The position numbers and the translations under genes were made by a program. Shown one piece after another: positions 23,318 to 34,746 of a stretch of 34,746 nucleotides of DNA. Under the pieces are notes generated by a model. That model made no database searches, had not been told where the DNA came from, and saw nothing but the letters and a program-made list of their open reading frames with translations. Where the stretch lies: positions 49,594 through 84,339 of the forward strand of contig JAAOMT010000430.1 in NCBI GenBank assembly GCA_016748015.1, given 5' to 3'. The number at the start of each line of letters is the position of its first letter. Positions within the stretch are counted from its first letter, which is position 1. The stretch is from Geosiphon pyriformis uo1 (Eukaryota > Fungi > Glomeromycota).

Positions 23318-24490
23318 TATTATTATTATTATAAGATATTTAATTTGGTGAAGCGTCAAAATTTTGAAAAAAAAAGGCTAAATCTTTGAAATCAAACCTG
23401 AATTACAAATTGTGGAATACCCTCAATAAAAATATTGATGGTACTACCCCAAAAGATCAAATCTTCAAGTCTTTTGGAAATCGGTGCACTGAAAATCCCT
23501 AAGTTTGTATACTTTGAATGCAAAAGATTCAGAGCATCTATATCAGCAGCAGATAGTATAGTAAATAAGGCAGCGGGCTTGCCAAATTGCCGAAACCATA
23601 CAACATATTCACTATTAATGCTAATCTCATTGATTATGATGTATCCTGCCAGTCCTGTGTTGAAAAGAAAAGGTATTGCTGTTCAAAGAAACATTTACGA
23701 ATTAATTATCTTTGCTGTTTTTAAATTTTTAATGCATTTACAATTTACAAATTAATTACCTTGGTAAATATAAAAATCCCACATCTTTTCCGTTTATTAT
23801 AGTGAATGTGATGTCAACTATGATATCGACTAGAATTAATGTAATAGAAACAACTGCAAAGCTATTACCCTAAAATTAGTAAAAGTTATTAAAATATTTA
23901 TTTAATTTTAAACTTTAAATCACAATAATTAAATCCCAATATAACCGCAAAAAAATAAATCAAATACCTTTGGATTTTTCTTTTTTCCTATAAAATATAG
24001 AGCCATTAATATTATTGCAATAAAAGGAATTGCAATTAGATGAAATTTAAATTCTTTCCAAAAATTTGCTAAAAACAAAAAATTATTAAATGATATACAG
24101 TTTAATAGAAATCAAATAATGAATATTAATTAATGCTCGCTCACGTTGAACTTGGAACCCAAAAGTCTCATCTAAAAAGCCCGTGTATGAATAAGTGCTA
24201 ATGGGAGTGAACCATTTATTCTCGATTAATGCATTGAGGTAATGTGCAATTTCCATTGGATTTTTAGAACCGCTTTTTGAAGAAATTTGAAGTAGTAATA
24301 TTTCTCGGCCTACTGATTCTGATTTAGATTTATCAGTCTTATGATCAATAATTTTGATACGACTTCTTTAAACAGGAATTGTAAAAGATAATTGATCTTC
24401 AAGTGTTTTTTGAAAACTTCTCGTTCGTTTTTAATTTTGTTGAAATCCGAGAAATTTGTATTCAGACGTAAGAATCCAATCAGGGTAGCT
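23064..24490 (-). pseudogene. Multi-exon multi-pass membrane protein with XK-like ExxPQxxxQ motif; 5'-truncated, probably pseudogene
   Basis: Exons: TLIGFLRLN...IPV*RSRIKII...YLNALIENKWFTPIS...FLDETFGFQ / NFWKEFKFHLIAIPFIAIILMALYFIGKKKNPK / GNSFAVVSITLILVDIIVDITFTIINGKDVGFLYLP / ...WFRQFGKPAALFTILSAADIDALNLL...IFIEGIPQFVIQ / VMYQQN...YSALIWFR...GLN*. GT-AG introns (e.g. 23262-23397). In-frame stop at 24368-70 and a nearby frameshift. Confidence 0.8.
23270..23333. repeat. (AAT)n switching to (ATT)n microsatellite in intron
   Basis: taataat...aataattattattattattat. Confidence 0.9.
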
Positions 24491-26299
24491 TAAATCAACA
24501 ACAATAAATATGATGTATTTTAGTTAGATAGGGACCTTAAAAATTTTCTAATAGAAAATAAACAATTAACCTTCCCAGTAAAAAAAAGATTTTCATAAAA
24601 ATGTTCATAAAATAACCATAATTTATTTTTTTTATCTAAAAATGTATATTATTTGTTCATAATTTGAAATAATTTTGAGTTGGTTATTTTTGCGATACAT
24701 AAAATGTACACTAAATGTTCATATAAAGAATAATATTCCATTTTTTGTCCTTTAAAATGAATATTATCAATTTATATTTACAATAAATATCCATTACATT
24801 TTTTTATTATTGTTAATTGTCTATAAAATATACAGCTTCTTTATCAATTATATAATAGATATAACCAAGTTTTATAAATCCTACACAATGATCAATTGCA
24901 AATACATCAATAAATTTATATGAACTATATATTGAAAAAGATAACAATCCAATATTATCTTTTTCAATATTAGCAGTCCAATGAATATAAGCAAGCATGT
25001 AAATTTCTCAATTAAAATTATAAACCAAATAGTATTCAATATTTCCATAAAATTTTTGTGTCACATATTCTGGTTTTCGTTTAGGAAATGATGCTCATTT
25101 GTCTATTTCCATCATAACTTATATAAAATTTATAAGTTAAATATTGCATTAAAAAATTTCAAAGTATACAAATTACATACCAAGACAGAATAATTAGTTC
25201 GAGCCCAATCTTGATTTTTTTTAATCCCATTTTGATACAATAATATGTCCATTTTTGGTACATAATCGTCCATATTTTGTGCCATATGGAGAAAAAGACT
25301 AATAATTATTCATTATTACAAGTTTTTAAATTATAAAAAAAAATAAAAACTTACCTTTAATTTTCGATTGTCTATATTATATAGAACAGAAAAATGATCT
25401 TTAATTTTTTTAATTCTGTCTGACTAAGAATATTTTTTTTTGATGGAAAATAAAATTTTTCATTCACTTTAGGTAGAGAAAATATAAAATGTTTTGCATA
25501 ATCTTTGTCTTGTTGAAGAGGAAAGATAGTCATATAAATAGTAGTGTAAAATTGTAGATGATTAAACATTTCCCAGATATGAACATTATTAATGATGTTT
25601 TTGTATAGATAAAGATATGATTAGGCTAAAGAAACAAGCATTCTACATACTCATTTTATAGGAAATTAACAAGTGGCCTAACATAGACCAGTTTTTTCAA
25701 TACTATCTACAATATGTAACAACTTATGAAAACATAACTTCATTGTACTGTATTGTTTCTCTTGACCACAGTAATAATATTTGTAAAAAAGATCAATTCC
25801 ATTTGTAAATACTTTATATTAAATTAATAAAGCAATAAATATTTATTTACCTTTCATAATAGTTATAAAAAACCGAAATAATAATCAAATATTATCCATA
25901 TTTTGTGCAGTTAATGTCAACTTTTAACACAAGCATAAAGCTTTAAAAAAATTGCCCATCTCTTATAATATCTTTGTGGCATTTGCCTTTTTAAAAGAGA
26001 CAAAAAATATATTGTGATTTATAAAGTCTATTTTCAGCCTTATATCTATTATAATAAAGAACAATTTTGTATAGAGATTGTTCAAATAAGAGAGGCAGTA
26101 TTGTTTGATAATAACTTATTACAACTCCTATTTCTTTTCATGTATTTTTGTTAAATACATAGTCTCCATTATTCTGACCACTTTTTTTTAAAAAAAATTA
26201 CCTGTTCAATGTTTGAACATATATTCAACAATGTTTTTATAAATAAAATACATTATATTAATTGAAAAAGAATCTGAAAAATATATTGCTTTTAAATTA

Positions 26300-26392
26300 A
26301 ATAATATACTTTGATCTTTTATTCCTATTATTATGAAAAAATAAATATTATACTTTGATCTTTTATTCTTATTATTTTGAAAAAATAAATAT
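26300..26392. repeat. ~43-bp tandem duplication
   Basis: tatactttgatcttttattc.tattatt.tgaaaaaataaatatt occurs twice. Confidence 0.85.
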
Positions 26393-26889
26393 TAATAAAA
26401 ACAATTAATACAAAATATTAACAATAAAAACATATCAAATTCTAATATTAATTCTGCTTTGTCTTTTTTCAAACTGACTGTTTTTATTTGAAAGATTCAA
26501 TTTTTAAATTGTTTATGAGTTTATAAAGTAAATTATCTAGATCATATATTTGATACTGATTTTTTTCTAATAGATAGTAATATTGAAAAATATATATAAT
26601 TTGTATAAAGTCTATAGATATTACAAAAACAACATTTTTTGTATAAATTATGTTTTATAAAACTTATTAACTTTGTTAAACCAGGCATATTACCTGATTA
26701 TTATAAAACATAAGTATATAATAAAAAAGACTCTTTTTTAAATTTTTTATAGCAGTTAATTCCAACTAGACATATATTAAACAACAAAGTTAATATATAT
26801 AACTAATAGTCTATTAAATAAGATATTAGAATACTATCTTCTAATTCTTTAATTCTTGAATTATAGAAAACATAAATAAATTAAAATTT

Positions 26890-26977
26890 TTAGGTTTTTT
26901 TGAACCGAATATAATAACTATTATTATTAAGTTTTTTTGAACCGAATATAATAGCTATTATTATTAGGTTTTTTTTA
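26890..26977. repeat. ~38-bp tandem duplication
   Basis: gtttttttgaaccgaatataata.ctattattatta occurs twice, plus a partial third start. Confidence 0.85.
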
Positions 26978-27694
26978 ACACATTCCTGTAGATAAATATT
27001 AACATTAATTATTAAAACTACTCAGCAATTATTATTTTTAAAATATTTGATAACCATTAATAGAATTTATTAATACCACATTCTGATTATCTTAAAAGAA
27101 ACCTTTAAACACAAGTTTTTTGTATTTTATACTATTAAATATATCTCCAATTGTGCTATTTAAACTAAAACTTTGATGATAAATATAGTTTGCACGATAT
27201 CTTATGGTTCTAGAGTGTTTTAAATTTTAGTACTGAATTCTAAAATAATTTTTGATAGAAAAATAAGTCATTTAACATTGAAAACATGTTTTTTTCTCGG
27301 AATTTTAGTGTCGGACAGATATTATATTTGTCATAATCTTTGTATTTTCTGGTATATATATGGCAGAATTTAATAAACATATCAACTCATGTTGATTTTA
27401 TAGGCACTATAAATTTTAATGTCTCTTTTACTTAGTATAGATTAACAATGCTACTATTAACTGCTATTATAATTTGTTGAAACATGTTATCAGTTAAATT
27501 ACAGCAAAACTTGACCTTATATAATCTGAGTGCACAGTTATTCACTGAATAATTCTTTCTTTTGCTTAATATTTAATATGAATAGAATTATCAAATTAGT
27601 TTTAAGATAAAATAATAAAAATTTTTTTAAGTAACTATAAATACCAAATTTTTATACCAGAAATATTATCAAATGATTTATTTAAGTTAATTGA

Positions 27695-27845
27695 ATCAAA
27701 AATTTCAGAATTTAAAAACAATTTATGCTCAATATCTGAATAGTTCATAATTTCAAAATTCGAAAACAATTTAAATTCAATATTCAAATAATCTATAATT
27801 TCTGAATTTAAACCCAATTTAGGCTCCATATTAGAATAGTTACTT
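27695..27845 (-). repeat. 48-bp (16-aa) tandem repeat x3 inside the CACTA region
   Basis: NYSNMEPKLGLNSEII / DYLNIEFKLFSNFEIM / NYSDIEHKLFLNSEIF in ORF 27635-27850. Confidence 0.7.
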
Positions 27846-30246
27846 TTCAAATAATTTTTATTGATTATGTTTATACAATTTTTACTTATAATATAATTTT
27901 TTTAAAAAATTGAACTTCTTGGCAATTCATTTTTAGATCTTTAAATTATTGTATTAATATTAATACATATTAAAAAAATAAAAATAGGCTTTATATAAAC
28001 ATATCCAATAATCAAAATTTCAGAATTATTATCTGAACTTTCTTTAATATCAAAAATACTCAAACTTAAGCAACTTTTTAAATCCAAGTTGTTTTGTTTA
28101 CATTCTTTAATACAAAACTATCAATTAATAAAACAAGAAAGCAGACAATAAAAATTAATATTATTTTATCTAAAATAAGTTTTTAATATTTCATGATTTC
28201 AATCAAATATTCAAAAAGTTTTTACATAAAAATGAAGTCTACATTTTAATAAACTTGAAATAACTACAGTTTTTATTATCAAAAACTAAAATTATCAACA
28301 AGATCTTAAAAAATCATTTTAATTACAATTACTAATAAATAAAAAGATTGATATCTTGTAATATATATTAATTACTGCAAGCTTTTAATACAGGAGAATT
28401 TTCAAAGTATACAATAATAACTTTATAATTAAAACTATAACTTATTTCAAATAAATTTTAATTAATAAATATTGAAAAAAAAATTTGTATTTCTGGTATA
28501 ATTTAATTATTAATTATTTTCATACTATATATTAAATATAGATCACATAATAAACTACATTGTACTATATTAACAAATTTCTTACTTGACCAAAAAAACT
28601 GCCAAATTTAATTACTATTTATATATATTTATAGTACACAAATAACCTAGCCACATGTTATATTTTAGTTTTAAATCTTATTTTTTCTAATTTTTTTATA
28701 TTTATATAATTTATTATTTTTGAAATCCAAATTTTATTACAATATAAAAATAATAATTTTTTTATTTACTAATTTAGAAACTTAAATTTGCCAATAGCAT
28801 TAACTATTATTTTTATCTACTGTATTAAAATTCAATACTTCTTTGCTTAAGTTTAATAAATTATCTAAGTTTTGACCAATGTCAGATTTATTAGTATTAG
28901 TTTTATTTTAGAACATCTTTGATTTCATGTATAATATAGCTACTAATACTCTTCCAACTACATAAAAACATGTACTTCAGAGTTTCTATATTACCACATT
29001 TAAGATTTTTGATGTTGTAATATTTTTTATAATACAGTTTTTTTTTATCACAACTAAAGTGTTCTATATAAAGCTTTTATTAAATATGTAAACAAACCAG
29101 TTGTTTTTTTGTTTGTTGAACTAGATTTTAAGTTGTCATATTACAACAATTCTTTTTTAGTCAACTTTGTTCTTTATTATATTTTTAAATACTCTTAAAG
29201 ATCTAAGAAATTCTTAACCTAAGCAGTAGTAAGATTTCTAATATTTTTTTGATTTTATATGAATTGCTATTCTAGATTAATTGGTAAAAATTGTTTTTTT
29301 ATTATTATTAAATAACAGTTGGTTATAAAAACAAAGTTGATAAACTAATTTTCTATTTAAATAATATGTTATATATTGTATCAGTTTTTTATTTTTTGAT
29401 ACAAGAAAACCAGAGCGGCAGCTGGATAGCCTCTAAAGTAATAATTCAAAAGTGTAAAAAACTAGATATAAACTATACCTCTACTACTATAATTAATTGA
29501 ATAAATCAAATCTATATTCCACTAAAAATTAATCAAACCAAAAAAAGTTCAGAATCACAACTTAAAATACCAATTTTAACTGATAAATAAAGTGTTAATT
29601 TTTTTCTCGGATATTGCATTCATAATAAATATATTTGACTGTCTTGGTCTAAATAATGGCTTGACAATGCCTGGTTTACAAATTAAAGGTATTTGAAAAT
29701 AAATTAGTCTTAAATAAAAGTTTTTTAAAAAAAATTTAATATATATATATATTTCAAATATTGTTCATTAATGGGGTTCAATTTTATGAATATTCACCAA
29801 TTGAAGGCTTTTTAATAATAGCGTTTTACAGGGCAAATAATTATCTCAACCACATTTAAATTTTTAATCAAATAAAATTTTGAAATATTAATACTTCTTT
29901 ATTTATATTAGAAATTAACAAAAAGACAATGAGCTGCTAGAAATCCAAGACAAGTTTCAACTTATTTTAATGATGATATAAAGTTGCCCAAAGAATTTCT
30001 AGTAAGGTAGAGAGTTTTAAAGAAATTATGAGAATCTATAAGGGAAAAAAATTGAATGATTATGGTGCAAACCATTTATAATCATCAAAAATGTAGATCA
30101 GTCCGAAATTTTAAATGATGATCTTCATGTGTTTTTATTTATATAATTAAATTTTATTGGTTAATATACATGTGTTTTTAATATATTATTTATAATAAAA
30201 AATAAAATTTTATTAAATTTTATATAATATAAAACCAAATACAGTA

Positions 30247-32394
30247 TTACAAAGTTTGAATATTATTTAATTTGTCTAATTCTTCAAAAATATTATCTGG
30301 AATTCTTCTATGAGATTTATACTTTTTTATAGCATATTCTACTAATTTTCCACTAAGACCTTTTCTATAAAGATTCATATAACACCAACATTTTCTTGAA
30401 AATTGTCTAATAGTTATTAAAGATACTGATTCAAAACTTTCAGACACTGTGCTTTGTAATCTTTTCCATGAATAATCGCATTTGTTACATGCATATCTTT
30501 TAGCAGCTCCCCAATATCTTTCAATAAAATTTAATTCGCAATAAAATTTTGGAAAAAAAATGCACTTATGTCTCATACTTTTGATTAATTCTTCAATTGC
30601 ATTTTTTTGAGCAAGAAAATCAGATTCTCAAGATATTACTCGATGTGCACAACAAGAAACTCTTGAAGAATCTTTAATTTTTTTTTGTATTTTTGGTATT
30701 CTAATACTAATCCTTTTAATGGCCATTTTCCTCATTCTATTAATACTTGTTTAATTTCTTTAGGCAATCCTCGAAGTTTTTCATCTGAATATGTTTCCAA
30801 GAAGATCATCAATTGTAATTGATTATCTAATCCAAAAGAAGTATCTTGCATTAATGATTGCTTTCCATCTGGACTTAAATTCATTCTGTTTGCAATTAAG
30901 GCATCTTTACTAAATGCTGCATGATTAAAGCTATTATCGAAAGCAAATACAGCTGTACAATCTGAATATAATTTCTCAAAAATTAGAATTACTTTATATT
31001 TAATTTGTTTAAGAAGATGGTCTGCTGTCCAATAACCATCTTGATTTATACCAGGTTGCAAATAACATCATGCCTTTTCTGATATATTAGAATAGTTTTC
31101 TATATCCTTTTGTTGTAAACGTAAACGTCCATTAATTTCAATTAGAAATTCACTAACCATGATTGATCTTCCATTTCCTTTTTTTCTTAGTGGCAAATTT
31201 CCATGTTCAGCCCATATGCTATGCTTGTCATCATTTGAATAAAAGATGCATTCATTATAGACTACAAAAACTTTTTTTTTCTTTTTATTAAGTAAGTTAG
31301 GACATATTCAATTCATAAATTCACCTTTATACTTTGACATATATTTTTCATGCTCATATATTTTTTCTAAAAATTCTTTTCGAGATTGCAAAACATCATT
31401 TCTTTCATGTCCATCATAATATAAGCCTTGATGATGTTATTGGAATGAATAACCAAGAATTTTGAGCGATTTTACTGCAGTCATAAGACTAATAGTTTTT
31501 TCTTTCATTATTCCAATATTAGAAAACAATTCATGTTTGATGAATTTTTTAAATGTGGCTGAAGTGGCATTGAAGTTTTGGTTTCTAATTCAAATATGAC
31601 ATCTTTTCGCAATGCCTTCATCATCAATTATTCTAATCGTTTTTTGGTGTTTTTCATGTTTTAATGTTGGAAACTTATCATTAAGCAACCAATACTTTGC
31701 AAGATATTGAATTTTTTATGCTTTCCATATACTACCATCAATAAAAACTTTTGGGCAATTTTCAAACTGGCATTAATTTTTCCATGTCCATTATTATTAT
31801 TTAACAAGGTAAGATATTCAAAAATAGCTCTTTTTTAATTATATTTGAAGACAGTTAACTGAGCATGTTGTTTTTCTAAATGTTTTTTTAACTCTTGCCC
31901 TTTTTTTATTTGATTAGCATATGAATCAACCTTACTTTCTGAATTGCATGAAGATTCATTACATTCGGGCCATTGTAAGTCTGTAGTTTGAGCATCACTA
32001 ATATTAAAAAAGTGGTAATTTTTTTAGTTCCGGCTGCTGCTTTGGTGAATAAACTATTTGGTCCATATTTATTGTAATAGGTTGACTTTGGTATTTTTTT
32101 TGTCATGTAAAGGTCTTGCTTCTTTTTTTTTAGATGATTGTCATTTTTTCATACTAAACTGAGTTTTTTTAATTTTGTATTTATTCTAATTGCAGCTTCC
32201 ATATCTTTTATATCATCCCATTTACTGTTATCATCATTGCCCCACTTTCTATTACTAACATCCAGTCTGTTAAATTTATTTACTTCAATATCATGATCAT
32301 TTATTGAAGTGATATGATGTGTTTTTTTATATGATCTTTTTGCATTTCTAACTTGATTTTTAGCTTTTCTTTTTCCTTTAGAATTAAGTGGCAT
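30247..32394 (-). mobile_element. Decayed IS630-Tc1-mariner-superfamily transposase with long D-E spacer
   Basis: MPLNSKGKRKAK..., KHQKTIRIIDDE, GLYYDGHER.DV, VYNECIFYSND (HDE-like first D), LRKKGNGRSIMVSEF, DGYW, AVFAFDNSFNH (second D), CC, FFPKFYCELNFIERYWGAAKRY (E). Multiple stops and frameshifts; TIRs not identified. Confidence 0.85.
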
Positions 32395-32779
32395 TTTTTT
32401 ATGTAATATGATGTTAATCTAGTGTGTAATTGGTGCTTGGACAGAATTAAATGATTTGAACTGTGTAATGTTGTACAACAAAATTGTATCACAATAGAAA
32501 TGGCGTTTTTAATTCAGATATATATCTATTCTTTAAATCTCTTTGGTTTCAATTTAAACTTTAATTTCTGTTTTGTAGTTCTGGATAAGAAGCAATCAAA
32601 AAAAGCTCCTTCGGCATTCATCAAAAAAATTTTTTATTGGGATTGGGGAGATCATTTGAGCCGAAAATTCAGATGACATCAATAAAAATAGTTACCACAA
32701 AAACCTTTTCGACTTATGACAAAGAATTTGGGCGAAAAAGTCTAACATTGACAATTAAACAACCAACTTAAAAGAAACC

Positions 32780-33034
32780 CGATTTTCAAATTGAAGCCGA
32801 TCCCTCAGAGCTGATGAAAGATTTATTGCAAATGATTATTAATCAAAAAGATAGTAGGTAAGAATATTTGAGATAAATTTCAATTTTAGTATTACAGCCT
32901 AGTTGTGACCTCTCATTTTCATATTCAGTGGTCAACAATATGCCGAATTATTTATGGATTTACCGTCCAAAGAAAAATATCCAGAATATTATGATGTGAT
33001 CGAAGAGCCAAAATCCTTAAACATGATCGAGATT
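32780..33034 (+). pseudogene. Bromodomain fragment (RSC/polybromo/Snf2-type)
   Basis: DPSELMKDLLQMIINQKDS / intron 32858-32928 / GQQYAELFMDLPSKEKYPEYYDVIEEPKSLNMIE, matching helix Z and the ZA loop (F..LP....YP.YY..I..P..L). No downstream exon recognised; stops upstream. Confidence 0.75.
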
Positions 33035-34746
33035 GGTACTATGCACTTCTTTCCCATTGGTCACTTAATACTTAACATAGATGGAAGCAAAAATTTTAGC
33101 AAGTTTATTTAAAAGTGTCCCAAGTTTATTTAGCTTTTTTTTTTTGAAATCTTAAACTTTTATCGAAAGAATATTTGATGTATATCGATTTAATGAAATT
33201 TCAATAAAATATTGGCCAAATTGTACTTTTAATTTAAATTTTGTAAAAGTATTCTATTGGTATATTTATTACGTATATTTCGTGTGTAAAAGGGAAATAG
33301 TTATCATAATTCATTGGCTCAAATCATTTAATTATGATAAATATGGTAAAAAAAAAAGATTTATTTATTTATTGATTAATTTGTTTAAAACGACGAAAAA
33401 ATATTAATGCAGCCAAGAACGTTTATTGCTATCTAACTAAATTACCCTAATAATTATTGCTGTTTTAAACCACTCTTACCGGAACTTTGTGTGTGAACCA
33501 AAATGAAAATTATTTTCAATTTTATTAAAAATGATATATATATTTTATTATATTTTATATTGATATTAAATTATTTATATTTTAATTTTAAATCAATAAC
33601 AAAAATTATTAATATAAATTTTAAATTTTTAATATACAATAATTTAAGTTTTAAAAATTTAAAATTAAATAAATATATCTTTATCTTTTTGAATTAACAA
33701 CTAAATTGCTAATAGTAAAAATTTAGTGAATTTTTCAAGACACTTGAAAATCAATTCGCTTTTGACCATTCCATTTGAAAGGGGATCATATTAAAATCAT
33801 CAATCATGTGACTGATAAATTAGAATGTAAATCTTGGGCAAATTATTACTTTAAATATTTTCAACATATGATCTAAAAACGATTGAAAAGGAATCTCACA
33901 GGAATTACAAAAAATCTCAATAAACTTCTATAAACATGAATTCACGCACGGCTGTTGTAAATGAAGAGCCTGTTTTTTTCTTTTAAAATTTGATTTTTAT
34001 TAAATTGTATATCTTTTCCCTCAACAATTGATTCTTTTAGCCAATCTTTAAAAAAACACAAATTGAAGTTAATTTTAATTGCTATTATTAAACTCATTTT
34101 GACAGCTTACATTTAAAGGAAAAAGAACTTATAGGTATTTTGTTGTTACAAAACTTGAATTGAAATTTAAATAACTTAATAATTTCCAGTCGCTATTATT
34201 TTATTAATTTGATAATTGATATCATATTTTTTATAATAATGGAAAAGAAAATTTTTCAATTCACAATTATTTTTATCTTTGATAAAACAGGATATACAAA
34301 TATGCAACTAAAAAAAACTTTTGAATTTTGAAATTCTAACTATTTTAAATGAAGTCATCATTGAATCCTATTGAAGAAAATTATTCGTTTCCGAAAGCGT
34401 GACCTGCGAATCTTACCAAGAATCTCCCTTTTTTAATGTTGTCTTGAAATGCAATGTTTTTTGGAAATTTTAAATATCAAAATTTATATATTTTAATATT
34501 TTATTGGAAGGAATATATAAATCGAATATTCAAAGAATAACTGTGAAAACAAAACTTAATCTATCTTATCATGACGAGATTCTCAAGTCACCTTTAAAAG
34601 TAAACCTTTTGAATTTTTCAATCTTTCAAATAGCTTTTTCATATATACTTTATCAATTCTGACTGAATATGTAGTCAACTTTCAATTGTTTTACCGGATT
34701 TTGTGTCAGAATCAGTTCAGTCTCATTATTTTGATATATTTTAACT

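Larger units (their letters stand above)
24574..29400 (-). mobile_element. Heavily decayed CACTA/EnSpm (tnp2-type transposase) element; boundaries approximate
   Basis: Minus-strand remnants: VDMFIKFCHIYTRKYKDYDKYNIC (about 27385-27315; DMC.NSC-like), LLHIVDSIEKTGLC*ATC*FPIK*VCRML (about 25722-25636; GP.W..W.FP.ER.CG-like), C-terminus MLAYIHWT...FIDVFAIDHCVGF (24998-24813). Candidate terminus CCCAGTAAAAAAAAG at 24574 with nearby TGTTCATA repeats. Confidence 0.65.

Noticed and set aside
23435-23755. 106-aa plus-strand ORF
   Set aside because: Antisense to an exon of the membrane-protein gene.
4085-33697. Short F/I/L/K/N-rich ORFs (4085, 8872, 21526, 22818, 33503)
   Set aside because: Composition is that expected of random AT-rich DNA; no motifs.

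Overview
Very AT-rich (roughly 20-25% GC by eye), intron-containing eukaryotic DNA with one 799-N gap (982-1780). The gene families (BTB-BACK-TLDc, Sel1-repeat kinase, class-3 lipase-like copies, a multi-pass membrane family, CACTA/tnp2 and IS630-Tc1-mariner transposons) strongly suggest an arbuscular mycorrhizal fungus (Glomeromycotina); this is inference. Most of the window is decayed pseudogenes and DNA transposons. Only two ORFs look intact, and both encode small secreted, low-complexity repeat proteins: a Gly/Asn-rich protein (676 into the gap) and an 86-aa Kex2-site precursor of a 50-aa Asn/Ser/Gly/Thr octad-repeat peptide (20888-21148). Both signal peptides end in SA|LP, both genes have a TATAAAAG box, and both sit just downstream of a tandemly repeated ~145-180 bp non-coding unit. 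These two genes are the best candidates for an undescribed system (secreted beta-solenoid/amyloid-like surface proteins). All family calls come from motif recognition by eye; no searches were run.
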